A stretch of DNA of 43,650 nucleotides, taken from positions 1-43,650 of IMG/VR virus record IMGVR_UViG_3300044677_000024; one strand, written 5' to 3'. This stretch comes from a virus. Lineage: Duplodnaviria > Caudoviricetes. How positions within the stretch are numbered: position 1 is the first letter of the stretch; the number at the start of each line of letters is the position of its first letter. The position numbers were made by a program, and so were the translations under genes. Positions 18,698 through 27,619 of this stretch are shown here, in pieces. A model generated the notes under the pieces. It was not told where the DNA came from. It searched no databases and saw only the letters and a program-made list of their open reading frames with translations.

Positions 18698-21600
18698 GCA
18701 ATCTCGGGCAAGCGGCCCTCATCGTCGTTGGCACGGTCGTAGGCGCATATTTTGGCAACCCGCAGCTCGGCTTTGCCTTGGGGGCGCTCGCTGGCTCGGA
18801 GCTCTTTCCGACGCAGCTGCCATCTGGCCCGAAGCTCACCGACAATCGCACCACCACCGCGAACGTCGGTGATCCGATCCCGATTGTGTTCGGCACGGCG
18901 ACCATCGGCGGCACCGTGATCTGGTTGGCGCCGTACGTCCAGCACACCAACAAGAGCGGCAAGGGCGGGCCCTCCCAGACCACCTACAGCTATACCCAGT
19001 CAATTGCGATCGGCCTCAGCGAAGCGGTGATCGACGGCGGCACGGCGCTCGCGGGCCTCTCGCGGGTGTGGGAAAACGGGACGATTGTCTACGATATTCG
19101 TCCGCAGCAAGGTGCCGACAGCGCAACCGGAGCACCCGCCGAGACCGACGTGCAATACGCGAACCGGCTTGCGGTGAGCGCCGCCTATGCCGAGACCTTC
19201 ACGCTTTACCTGGGTGATGAAGAACAAACGGCGGATCCGACCATCGAAGCGGTCCTGGGCTTCGGCAATGTTCCCGGGTGGCGCGGCCGCGCCTACATCG
19301 TCTATCCGAACCGCAATCTGCAGCTCGCGCAGGGCTGGCGGCATCCGAATTTCACGTTTGAGGTGTTTCAGTCGGGTACCGGCGAATGCACCAATGAAAC
19401 GAAGTACTCGGCCGGCGTGGTGTATCCGTGGCCCAACGACGGCGGGCCCAATCCGCTGAACGTGAACAGTTTCCGGATCATGCTGGCAGACCCCGCGGCG
19501 CCGCACTTTGATAGCACGCCGATTACCTTCAATTTCCTCTATGGCTCGCTCGAGGCCGCGCTCGCGGTCACGGATGCCATGTATGACGCGCCATACGACA
19601 CGCTCATCACCTACGCACTCAACAACGGCGGCGGCCTCTCGGTCACGTCCATGGTCGGCGGCGGCGCGGCCATCGGCGGCAACGGCGGCATCACGATCGC
19701 CGGGCAATACTTGAATCCCGATCCGAGTGAGGTGCAATTATTCTTTGGCAATAGCGCCCCGGGCGACGGGATTTTCAACGCGCTGGTGAGCCCGAGCCAT
19801 GCCGTCATGAACACCCCGGGAGCCAAGTGGGACATGGGCGGCCGGATGTTCTTGAACACGGGCGTCTCGACCTCCTCTACGCCGCCGGCGCTGCTGTTCC
19901 CCTGGTGCACGGTGGCCGGTTTCGGTTCCGGCTATCCGTATTTTGCGCAGGGCGCGACCAACGTCGTCATCAACGTGCACCGCGAGCCCGGGCCGCCATT
20001 GGCGCCGTGCACGGGGCTGCCGCGCTGGAGCGTCGATGCCACCTACGGCGTGCAGACCGATGGCCTCCTGGTCAAGTGCAATCCGTGGGTCATGGGGACC
20101 GCCGCGAACTATTGGAGCCTGCAGCTGCCCTCCATCAAAACCGGCGGCCAGCAGGACAATTACACGGTCGTCTATCCCTTGGATCCGACCTTGCCGCAGT
20201 TCGATCCGCGCAACACCTCGGCTTTTTGGACCGCGGCCTACAACGCTGCGGTCGCCAATGGCTCGATGGCGGCGGGCAAGAGCTATCCCGGCGATTACCC
20301 GGTGCTGCAGAGCATCGCCGCCTATCAGCTCGACCTGACTACCTGCACCGGCACCAGCGGCCAGGCGAAGGTCGCCGATATCATCACGGCGCTGTGTGCG
20401 CGCGCCGGCGTTGCGAACATCGATGTCTCCGATCTCGTGGCCCAAGACTGCGAAGTCTCCGGCTATTCGATCAGCGCGTTGAGCAATGCCACCAATTGCA
20501 TCCAGCCGCTGCGCTCGATCGCGTTCTTCGATGCGGTGGAAAGCAATGCCATTTTGCGCTTCCAGACCCGCGGCAAGCCGATCGTGGCCACCCTCTCGAC
20601 CGATGACATCGGCTGTTTCGATGGGGGCCAGAGTAGCAACGTGCCGCCCTCCGTCACGGTGGCACGGGTCGATGAGACCACCCTGCCGCGCTCGATACGC
20701 CTCCACTACAAGAGCGTCAATCGCGATTATCAGGACGCCGAGCAACCATCGCCCTTTCGCTTGACCACCAAGGCGATCAACGATCAGGACGTCTCGGTCC
20801 CGTTCTGCATGGGCGACACCCAGGCGCTTAAGTGCGCGGAGATCCTCTGGTCCGATGCCTGGGCGGGAAAGAATACCTACACGCTCTCGATCGACCAATC
20901 CTTGAGCGAGATCGAAGTCGGGGACGCCGTCGGCATCCCGGTCGATGGCACGATGCAGCGCGCGCGCATCATCAGCGAGCAGAATTCGAGCGGGGTGCTG
21001 CGCAAGCTCTCCCTCATGAGCGATAACGAGGGCGCCTATATCAGCTTCGCGATCGCGGAAGCACCCCAGGTGCAGCCGCAGCGCCTGACGCTGCTCGCCG
21101 GTACCGCCTTGGAGCTCCTGGATCTGCCGGCACTCCAGGACGCCGACAGCGACCCGGGGTTTTATTTGGCGGCGCAGCGCATCGGCGCGGGCAATACCTG
21201 GAAGGGCTGCGTGATCTACAAATCGATCGACGGCGGATCGACCTGGGCCTCGATGTTCTCGATGGTGATGGAATCGACCGCGGGCACCCTGCACGCGACG
21301 CCGCCGGCTTCTGAGTACTTCACGTGGGATGCCCTCACGGAAGTGACCGTCGATTTGAACTCGACCGACTTCTCACTCGAGAGCCGCACCGATGACGCGG
21401 TGCTCGCCGGCGCCAACGCCGCGGCGATCGGCGCCGATGGTCGCTGGGAGATCGTCCAGTTCGCCAATGCGGTGAAGCTCTCCCCGACCCAGTGGCGCCT
21501 CACGCGGTTGCTGCGTGGCCGGCGCGGTACCGAACACCACATCGGCAAGAGCGTCGCCGGCGATGCCTTCGTGCTCCTGACCGCCGGGGATCTCGCGCGC

Positions 21601-22077
21601 CTGATTCTCTCGAGCAGCGAGATCGGCGCGCTGCACTCGTATGATGCGCCATCCATTGGCGCGACCTTCTCGAGCGGTACGGTATATCCTTTCGCCGGGC
21701 ATGCGATGGCGCTCACGCCCTTCGCGCCGGTCGACGCGCACGCGGTGCTCGAAAGCGATGGCGACATTCTGATCCGTTGGACGCGACGCGATCGGCTTGG
21801 GCGCACGCTGATGTCGGGCGTCGACATGCCGCTTTCCGAAGCGACCCTTGCGTTCCAGCTCGACATTTTGAACAGCGATTCACCCGACTCGCCGATCAGT
21901 TCGATCCGCACGCTCACAACAGCGACGACGCATGTCACGTACACGGCGGCGCAGCAGTTCGCCGACTTCGGCAGCTCAGCGCCGACGCAGCTCGGCATCG
22001 CGATCTATCAAATGTCGGCAGTCGTCGGGCGCGGCATCCCTCTCGTCACGACGATCACCATAGGCACATCCCCATGA
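18694..22077 (+). CDS. Tail tip / host-specificity protein (RcGTA g15 'megatron'-like)
   Basis: G.PIPIVFGT..GGTVIW, PGWRG.AY, WEIVQF.NA..LTRLLRGRRGTE, IRWTRRDR. Confidence 0.88.
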   Translation: MSNLGQAALIVVGTVVGAYFGNPQLGFALGALAGSELFPTQLPSGPKLTDNRTTTANVGDPIPIVFGTATIGGTVIWLAPYVQHTNKSGKGGPSQTTYSYTQSIAIGLSEAVIDGGTALAGLSRVWENGTIVYDIRPQQGADSATGAPAETDVQYANRLAVSAAYAETFTLYLGDEEQTADPTIEAVLGFGNVPGWRGRAYIVYPNRNLQLAQGWRHPNFTFEVFQSGTGECTNETKYSAGVVYPWPNDGGPNPLNVNSFRIMLADPAAPHFDSTPITFNFLYGSLEAALAVTDAMYDAPYDTLITYALNNGGGLSVTSMVGGGAAIGGNGGITIAGQYLNPDPSEVQLFFGNSAPGDGIFNALVSPSHAVMNTPGAKWDMGGRMFLNTGVSTSSTPPALLFPWCTVAGFGSGYPYFAQGATNVVINVHREPGPPLAPCTGLPRWSVDATYGVQTDGLLVKCNPWVMGTAANYWSLQLPSIKTGGQQDNYTVVYPLDPTLPQFDPRNTSAFWTAAYNAAVANGSMAAGKSYPGDYPVLQSIAAYQLDLTTCTGTSGQAKVADIITALCARAGVANIDVSDLVAQDCEVSGYSISALSNATNCIQPLRSIAFFDAVESNAILRFQTRGKPIVATLSTDDIGCFDGGQSSNVPPSVTVARVDETTLPRSIRLHYKSVNRDYQDAEQPSPFRLTTKAINDQDVSVPFCMGDTQALKCAEILWSDAWAGKNTYTLSIDQSLSEIEVGDAVGIPVDGTMQRARIISEQNSSGVLRKLSLMSDNEGAYISFAIAEAPQVQPQRLTLLAGTALELLDLPALQDADSDPGFYLAAQRIGAGNTWKGCVIYKSIDGGSTWASMFSMVMESTAGTLHATPPASEYFTWDALTEVTVDLNSTDFSLESRTDDAVLAGANAAAIGADGRWEIVQFANAVKLSPTQWRLTRLLRGRRGTEHHIGKSVAGDAFVLLTAGDLARLILSSSEIGALHSYDAPSIGATFSSGTVYPFAGHAMALTPFAPVDAHAVLESDGDILIRWTRRDRLGRTLMSGVDMPLSEATLAFQLDILNSDSPDSPISSIRTLTTATTHVTYTAAQQFADFGSSAPTQLGIAIYQMSAVVGRGIPLVTTITIGTSP

Positions 22078-23138
22078 GCGGCGAAACACCGAATCTCGGA
22101 CTGCAATATATCGACCCGTCGCAGGCGCAGCCGGAGGTCAAGGTCAATGACGCCTGGGACAAGATCGACGCATCAGCGCTCGGCGGCGTCGCTGTCAGCG
22201 ATCTGTCGAGCCCGCCGATCGTGAGTCGGGTGCGAGAACTCAAATTCATGGGCGCGACGGTGACGCACGAGACAGGCGGCGTGGCGCTAGTGCAGATCGA
22301 TTCATCGAGTGGAGGTGGCGGCTCTGGCGGCGGCGGCTCTGCGATCGACGTGACCGACGGCATCACGACGGTAGCCGCTGTGACTGAAATCAATTTCACT
22401 TCGGGCGCAACGGTGACAGCGAGCGGCAGCTCGGCGCACGTCGCAATATCAGGCGGGGGCGGCGGCGGTTCGGCGTTCAACTTGACGCCGGATCAGCACA
22501 CCGGCACGCCGACGTTCGCCGAAAACGATGAATTCGAGGAAGCTGCGGGCACAGCGATCGATACTGCGGGCACGCGCTTTGCGGGTGCCGTCGCATGGAC
22601 ATGGGGCAATCAAGGCACGTCGACTGCGATTCAGAGCGGCGATGGCAATCTGATTCTCACCGGCCAGGCTGACGGCAATTATCATGGCGTCTATCAGCCA
22701 GTTCCCGGCGGCGCATGGAAGCGGCGCTGCCGGGTCTCGCTCATGAATCAGATTTCGAGCGCCGGCGATCTCGCTTCAATCTTTGCGCTCAATTCGAGCA
22801 ACGGGCACATCGTCGGCTTTGGCCCGTTCGCCAATGGGCCGGGCCTTCTGCTTATCAAGTTCAATAGCTGGACTTCTTTCAACTCGACCGGCTACAGCGC
22901 GCTGCCACGCAACTTTACTTCTCAGATGCTCGTGACGCCGACCTGGTACGAGATGCGCAGCGACGGCACCACGCTCACCTTCGCCGTCTCGGTGAGCGGC
23001 GCGGAAGGCTCCTTCATCGATGTGACCACCGAAGCGATCGCGACGTTTTTGGGCGCGGTCGACAACGCCGGCCTCTCGATCAGCACGAACTCCGTTCCGG
23101 CCTCGGCTCTCATCACGGATCTGTGGCGCAAATACTGA
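22074..23138 (+). CDS. Tail fibre / receptor-binding protein with DUF2793-like N-terminus
   Basis: TPNLGLQYI..SQAQPEVKVNDA start, Gly-rich linkers, beta-rich C-terminal domain; ATGA coupling at 22074. Confidence 0.75.
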   Translation: MSGETPNLGLQYIDPSQAQPEVKVNDAWDKIDASALGGVAVSDLSSPPIVSRVRELKFMGATVTHETGGVALVQIDSSSGGGGSGGGGSAIDVTDGITTVAAVTEINFTSGATVTASGSSAHVAISGGGGGGSAFNLTPDQHTGTPTFAENDEFEEAAGTAIDTAGTRFAGAVAWTWGNQGTSTAIQSGDGNLILTGQADGNYHGVYQPVPGGAWKRRCRVSLMNQISSAGDLASIFALNSSNGHIVGFGPFANGPGLLLIKFNSWTSFNSTGYSALPRNFTSQMLVTPTWYEMRSDGTTLTFAVSVSGAEGSFIDVTTEAIATFLGAVDNAGLSISTNSVPASALITDLWRKY

Positions 23139-23226
23139 TCGGGGAATAGCGACGCGTTTCAACGACCCAAGCGGATCAATGGGGCCACACTGCGCCCGTC
23201 CCACTTCCGCCCACGGAGCCACGGTA

Positions 23227-23463
23227 ATGCAGACCCCTAAAGAATTTCTTCACGCGGTGAGTCTGGCGTTCGGCGGGATCGAGAGGCCACCGATCGTCAA
23301 GGACATCGCCGAGCTCGAGCAGGCTGCCAAACTCGCGCCGATCGGCGTCAAGATCGAGCTGCTGTTCAAGGATTTCCTGCCGCAGATCCTCGCGCTCACC
23401 TTCATCGCCTTCGTGCTCGGGAGCTCCCTGGGTGTCTCGATCGGCAGGCACGTGCAGCCGTGA
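23227..23463 (+). CDS. Small membrane protein (possible holin or antiholin)
   Basis: One C-terminal hydrophobic segment; GTGA-coupled to endolysin; start uncertain. Confidence 0.5.
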   Translation: MQTPKEFLHAVSLAFGGIERPPIVKDIAELEQAAKLAPIGVKIELLFKDFLPQILALTFIAFVLGSSLGVSIGRHVQP

Positions 23464-23963
23464 CGCCGAACCTCAACGGTTTCCTTACGATGCTGTCACA
23501 TGCCGAGGGCTCGGACCGCGCGAAAGATCCATACCGCTGCTGCTATGCCTTCAAGTACGAGATCCACGACCTGGCATACCACCCCGCCGAAGTCAGGCCG
23601 GACGGGACGCGTGAGTGGGTAGGCGAGCAGCTAGCCGATGCGCAGTGCATTGCCGCGGGCCTGCATCCACCCTGCTGGAGTACAGCGGCGGGGCGCTACC
23701 AAATCACCAAGGGCACGTGGCTGCGCCTGAAAGCTAAATTGACACTGCGCAACTTCAGTCCCGACTCTCAGGATGACTGCGCGGTGCAGCTCATCAAAGA
23801 GCGTGGGGCGCTCGACTTGATCTATGCCGGGGAGGTCGCCGCCGCGATCAGCAAGTGCAGCGGCGAATGGGCGAGCCTCCCCGGTAATCCGGCCGGGCAG
23901 CCGCAGCGCTCGTTCGCGCAACTCTTGAACGCCTATCAGGTCGCCGGCGGCGGTTTCGTGTGA
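23460..23963 (+). CDS. Endolysin, lambda R-like muramidase/transglycosylase
   Basis: FL.MLSHAEG, STAAGRYQ, FSPDSQD, EWASLPG. Confidence 0.9.
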   Translation: MTPNLNGFLTMLSHAEGSDRAKDPYRCCYAFKYEIHDLAYHPAEVRPDGTREWVGEQLADAQCIAAGLHPPCWSTAAGRYQITKGTWLRLKAKLTLRNFSPDSQDDCAVQLIKERGALDLIYAGEVAAAISKCSGEWASLPGNPAGQPQRSFAQLLNAYQVAGGGFV

Positions 23964-24352
23964 CCGACGACGAGAAACCCGACTTCGGTTCGACGACGTC
24001 CGTTCTCATCGAACGCGCGCCAGGACTCGCGTGGTTGCCGCGAGCGCTCAGACAGCGGCTCACCCCGGCCGCCCTGGGCAGCGCGATCACAGCTTTGGCT
24101 ATCGCCATTGGGTACGTGGTGAACGCGCAGCACGACATCAGGAACGCCCAGCGCGATATCCGCCAGCTCCACGACACCGTGGGCGATCTGCAGCGACAAA
24201 GTGACTTGCTCCACAAAATCGACACGCAGTTGGCCGTGATGAGCAACCAGATCGACAGCATTGCGGACGAAGTCGACCGGCAACGACAGTGGCGCGATAA
24301 AATAGAGGGCATTGCGGAAGCGCCACCCCATGCTGTGAGGAAACGACGTTGA
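23960..24352 (+). CDS. Membrane-anchored coiled-coil protein (lysis module)
   Basis: One TM segment followed by heptad pattern; GTGA-coupled. Confidence 0.6.
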   Translation: MTDDEKPDFGSTTSVLIERAPGLAWLPRALRQRLTPAALGSAITALAIAIGYVVNAQHDIRNAQRDIRQLHDTVGDLQRQSDLLHKIDTQLAVMSNQIDSIADEVDRQRQWRDKIEGIAEAPPHAVRKRR

Positions 24353-24615
24353 CCAAGCTGACGCGAGCTGATCGTCTCGCCGCAATCGTCGAGAAGGAGC
24401 GCGAACTGCGCCAGCATATGGCTGACCACGAGGTTATGACCAAGGCGGTCGATGGAGCGCGCGTTCAAATGGAAAATGGGTTGACTGAGCAGGCTTACGC
24501 GACGCAAGAGGTCAGCGGCCAGGTCAGAATTGTGAAGGACCGCCAGAAGTGGCTCATCGACCGCCAGGACAAATTGAAGGCGGATATCGAGAAGCTGCGC
24601 GGAGAAATCGAATGA
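24349..24615 (+). CDS. Coiled-coil hypothetical protein
   Basis: Coupled ORF with GAGG RBS. Confidence 0.55.
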   Translation: MTKLTRADRLAAIVEKERELRQHMADHEVMTKAVDGARVQMENGLTEQAYATQEVSGQVRIVKDRQKWLIDRQDKLKADIEKLRGEIE

Positions 24616-25130
24616 CCTTCGGCGAGAAGGCGCTCCAGGTGCTCAGGACGGTGGCCCCGACGATCGCACTAGCCGCCGCCGGCCCGTTTGGGCCCCTGGC
24701 CGCTACCGCCATATCGGCCGTGCTCGGAACGGCTCCTGGCGACTCCAAGGCGGCGGAGGCGGCGCTGCTCACGGCGACACCGGACCAGCTGCTCGCGCTC
24801 AAGAAGGCCGAGGAGGACTTTCAGATCCAGTTGAAGACGCTGGACATCTCCGAAGAGAAGCTCGGCTACGATGACACCGCCAACGCGCGGGCGCGGGAAG
24901 CGGCGGTCAAGGACTGGACACCGCAGATACTCGCCTACGGAGTGACCGCGGGCTTCTTCAGCATCTTGGGGTTCCTGCTGTGGAACGGTAAGCCTCTCGG
25001 GGGCGATGTGATCATGGTGATGCTGGGATCGCTCGGGGCGGCCTTCACCGGAATCGTGCAGTACTACTACGGGTCGTCGGCCGGCAGCGCGAGCAAGACC
25101 GCGACCATCGATAAAATAATCAGCAAGTAG
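24612..25130 (+). CDS. Holin-like membrane protein (3TM type)
   Basis: VAPTIA.A.AGP.G, D.ANARARE, two C-terminal TM helices, YYYGSSAGS. Confidence 0.7.
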   Translation: MTFGEKALQVLRTVAPTIALAAAGPFGPLAATAISAVLGTAPGDSKAAEAALLTATPDQLLALKKAEEDFQIQLKTLDISEEKLGYDDTANARAREAAVKDWTPQILAYGVTAGFFSILGFLLWNGKPLGGDVIMVMLGSLGAAFTGIVQYYYGSSAGSASKTATIDKIISK

Positions 25131-25181
25131 GGTTGTTTAGCGACTAGACAACGCGCCGCGCCATCGGGCATACCCTTAAAT

Positions 25182-25346
25182 GTGCAGCAACTCACGCAAC
25201 AGGTCGACTACCGCTTACGGCTCCTCGATGCCGCGCACAGGGAAGAGCGAAGGCTGAAGCGCGTGGAGGATGAGGATCGGCGGCGCCAGCTCACTGAGGC
25301 TGCGCTCGAGGCGCTCAAATACGCACGATTACACACCGAGGCGTAA
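25182..25346 (+). CDS. Small charged helical hypothetical protein (54 aa)
   Basis: Read by hand, GTG...TAA; converges on next gene. Confidence 0.4.
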   Translation: MQQLTQQVDYRLRLLDAAHREERRLKRVEDEDRRRQLTEAALEALKYARLHTEA

Positions 25347-25350
25347 TGGG

Positions 25351-25563
25351 CTACACCTTCAAAGGCCCGGGCGTGAGCTTGTACTGATTCATCGGCTGGC
25401 GGATCTCGATCACCCCGCGCTTCGCCAGGAGCTCGGCCGCCTGGACGGTCGCCGGATCCTTGCCGATGTCGTGCCAGCGCTTTGGATGCTCTGAGGCCCA
25501 TTCGAGGAGCGCGAGCATCTGCTCGTTGACGAGGCGCTCGGTCTTGGTGAGTTTCTTGGGCAT
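25351..25563 (-). CDS. Small winged-helix-like hypothetical protein
   Basis: AELLAKRGVIEI..NQYKL pattern; next to attP. Confidence 0.5.
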   Translation of the reverse strand: MPKKLTKTERLVNEQMLALLEWASEHPKRWHDIGKDPATVQAAELLAKRGVIEIRQPMNQYKLTPGPLKV

Positions 25564-25612
25564 CCCAGCCCATGATAACGGCTGTTGAATATCGCACCGG
25601 CCGGTCTCGACC

Positions 25613-25625
25613 AATCAATGGGTTA
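25613..25625 (+). promoter_or_regulatory. IHF-binding consensus site in attP
   Basis: AATCAATGGGTTA matches WATCAANNNNTTR; one-mismatch copy AATCACATTGTTA at 25681-25693. Confidence 0.6.
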
Positions 25626-25711
25626 CGCGCGCGCCCGCGGAAAAAGTATTCAACAGCCGGCAGCATAAGAATGCCATTGAAATCACATTGTTATGCGCGA
25701 GAGGCCCCATA

Positions 25712-25757
25712 GCTACGAACCAGGAGGCCGGGAGTTCGAATCTCTCCGGGCGCACCA
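25712..25757 (+). other. attP: attP core: 3' half of tRNA-Arg(ACG), not a complete tRNA
   Basis: CTACGAA anticodon loop, GGGAG-TTCGAAT-CTCTC T-arm, GGGCGCACCA acceptor end; 5' half absent; integrase ~500 bp away. Confidence 0.88.
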
Positions 25758-25784
25758 TTTCCCGCATTCCGCTGTTGAATATAT

Positions 25785-26000
25785 TCACTTCTGTTGAATA
25801 TCGGGCGGAGCAGGTAGCGGCATCCAATGCGAAACCTCAGTCGCGTCAGGATCGACATTGTCTTCATCTCCGGCGAAAAATCCGCCGCCTTTCGAAGATT
25901 CCAACACGTGAAACAGGCAGAGATGAAAGCAGCCACGCGCCCACGCCAGCACCTCTTGCTCGTCCTTTGGTAGTTGATCCGCAGTTTTGATCAAGTTCAC
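25785..26000 (-). CDS. DUF551-like protein
   Basis: DQLP..QEVL and VSHWMPLPAPP motifs. Confidence 0.7.
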   Translation of the reverse strand: MNLIKTADQLPKDEQEVLAWARGCFHLCLFHVLESSKGGGFFAGDEDNVDPDATEVSHWMPLPAPPDIQQK

Positions 26001-26098
26001 TTGCCGATCCTGTTTCCGAAGTAAACGCCGATGGCCGCGCAAATTGCGCCCGTGACCATCGGAATCACGACCCACGCGACAAATTGCTCCAGATCCAT
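25997..26098 (-). CDS. Small single-TM peptide (33 aa)
   Basis: Read by hand, MDLEQFVAWVVIPMVTGAICAAIGVYFGNRIGK; coupled on both sides. Confidence 0.45.
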   Translation of the reverse strand: MDLEQFVAWVVIPMVTGAICAAIGVYFGNRIGK

Positions 26099-26286
26099 TA
26101 GCGCGGCGGCTTCGCGGCTGACTCAGACGCTGTCGGCGGCGCGACGAACCAATGTCCCTGGCAGTCGTTGCAGAGAATCGAGCCGTCGCTATATACCAAA
26201 AGCCGCCCCCACGTTCCGGGTTTACAGCCGCACCGGGGGCAAGCCGGATACTTGTCGTCTTTGGAGTCAGGATCTCGGTTTGGCAC
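26098..26286 (-). CDS. Small zinc-ribbon protein
   Basis: CPRC and CNDC pairs. Confidence 0.5.
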   Translation of the reverse strand: MPNRDPDSKDDKYPACPRCGCKPGTWGRLLVYSDGSILCNDCQGHWFVAPPTASESAAKPPR

Positions 26287-27253
26287 GCGTCACCCCTCTC
26301 CGATAAAACCGCTTCGTCGTCTCGACGCTCGCATGCCCGAGCCGCGCCTGGGCTTCCTGGTCGGTCTCCGCGCCGTCAGCCGACACGCTCCTCAGGTCGT
26401 GGAAGGTGAAGTGCACGCCGCCGGCCTTGACGTGCTTCGCCATCGCGCGCTTCCAGATCGACTGAAACCCCTTCGAAGTGTACCGCTTGCCCTTGCGCGT
26501 CCGGATGAGGTACTCGCCCGGCAGCTGTGGCGCCATCGCCTTCGCGCGGGCGACGAGGGCCTCGAGGTCGGCGCTCCACGCGATCAGCACGCGGGCCTTC
26601 GTCTTGCCCTGCTTGACGTAGATCCCGTCCTTGGTCAGGTGCTCGCGCCGCAGGTCCAAGAGATCGCGCTGACGCTGGCCGAGCATGACCGCGAGATCGA
26701 TCGCGAGCGCCAGCCGTTCGTTCGCGTGCTTCTTGAGCGCCTCTACCTGTTCGACGAGTACCTGATCGCGCTGGCCCTTCTTCGGACCCAGGTCGAGATC
26801 GCGCGCCGGGTTCGAGCTCGCGGCTCCCCAGCGAATGGCTTTGAGGAACACATGGCCTAACAGCGAAATCTCCTGCCTCGCAGTCGTCGGAATCGGCTCA
26901 CCGTCGACACCGCGGCGTGTGTCGTAATACCGATAGCAGTGCTGCGCCTTGACGTTATCCGGCAGCAGATCGCCGAACACCCGTTTGAGCTCCCCGAGCT
27001 GGCGCGCCTGGTCGCTCCTGGTCTGGGCTGAGCCCTTGAGTGGGAGCACCTCGACGCGGTACCGGTCAATGACGTCCCCGAGCGTCCGGGCGCTCCACGT
27101 GGAACTGACGATGGTCGCGTACTTGGCGAGGGCCTCGCCGATATCGCTACCCAGGCGGACCGCGGGCCCGGTCTTCGGGCGGAAGAAATAGGCGCCGTGG
27201 ACCAGATACACCCGCTGGGGTAAGTGCTTATCTAGACGACGCTTTCTGCCCAT
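26267..27253 (-). CDS. int: Tyrosine integrase
   Basis: LGQR (R), KTK, FHDLR (HxxR), LGH and RFYRR catalytic residues; next to attP. Confidence 0.95.
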   Translation of the reverse strand: MGRKRRLDKHLPQRVYLVHGAYFFRPKTGPAVRLGSDIGEALAKYATIVSSTWSARTLGDVIDRYRVEVLPLKGSAQTRSDQARQLGELKRVFGDLLPDNVKAQHCYRYYDTRRGVDGEPIPTTARQEISLLGHVFLKAIRWGAASSNPARDLDLGPKKGQRDQVLVEQVEALKKHANERLALAIDLAVMLGQRQRDLLDLRREHLTKDGIYVKQGKTKARVLIAWSADLEALVARAKAMAPQLPGEYLIRTRKGKRYTSKGFQSIWKRAMAKHVKAGGVHFTFHDLRSVSADGAETDQEAQARLGHASVETTKRFYRRGVTRAKPRS

Positions 27254-27452
27254 TCATGGCTTCCCAGTTCGGTTCTTGTGTGCCGGCTGCCTTGCCGCCA
27301 ACCTGATGCCTATTGGCCTCCGCCACAAAGACGATCGGCTGCCCGAGGGCGTTCACGGTAAACCGCCAGCCGTGGCGGCGCAACCAGCGAGCCTGGGCAG
27401 ACGGCCGGACGTAGCCGGTCAGCTCCTTGACGACCGACTGCGGCAGGATCAC
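27228..27452 (-). CDS. DUF4224-like putative excisionase
   Basis: ELTGY.RPSAQARWL...G.P.V..EPNWEA; immediately upstream of int. Confidence 0.75.
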   Translation of the reverse strand: MILPQSVVKELTGYVRPSAQARWLRRHGWRFTVNALGQPIVFVAEANRHQVGGKAAGTQEPNWEAMNGQKASSR

Positions 27453-27619
27453 GCAGGCTCCTCCGGCGGCCGGAACTGCTTCTCCACCGGCTTGAGGTCC
27501 CAGCCGCAGGTCCCGCACCTTCGCATCACCCCGCCAATCGCCAAGTACTGTTTCTTGCACTTGGGATTCACGCATTCGAGCATGATGCTGCTGGCGCGGT
27601 TTTGCTTAGACAAACCCAT
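27449..27619 (-). CDS. Small zinc-ribbon protein
   Basis: CVNPKC and CGTC; start uncertain. Confidence 0.45.
   Translation of the reverse strand: MGLSKQNRASSIMLECVNPKCKKQYLAIGGVMRRCGTCGWDLKPVEKQFRPPEEPA

Larger units (their letters stand above)
25582..25801. repeat. Integrase arm-type sites, CTGTTGAATA x4
   Basis: Copies at 25582 (+), 25647-25656 (-), 25772 (+), 25791 (+) flanking the att core. Confidence 0.75.

Noticed and set aside
19738-21294. Long antisense ORFs (this 518-aa one, also 30012-31232 and 4725-5648)
   Set aside because: Shadow frames of GC-rich real genes with no recognisable motifs
16690-22077. Gene transfer agent
   Set aside because: Integrase, attP, repressor switch, replication genes and cos-type packaging indicate a true temperate phage
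22074-23230. Diversity-generating retroelement or invertible tail-fibre cassette
   Set aside because: No reverse transcriptase, template/variable repeat pair or invertase seen
25680-25757. Complete tRNA-Arg gene
   Set aside because: Only the anticodon loop through CCA is present; no D-arm or 5' acceptor strand upstream, so it is treated as the attP core
25582-25801. Mini CRISPR array
   Set aside because: Repeats are only 10-11 bp, irregularly spaced and in mixed orientation; they fit integrase arm sites
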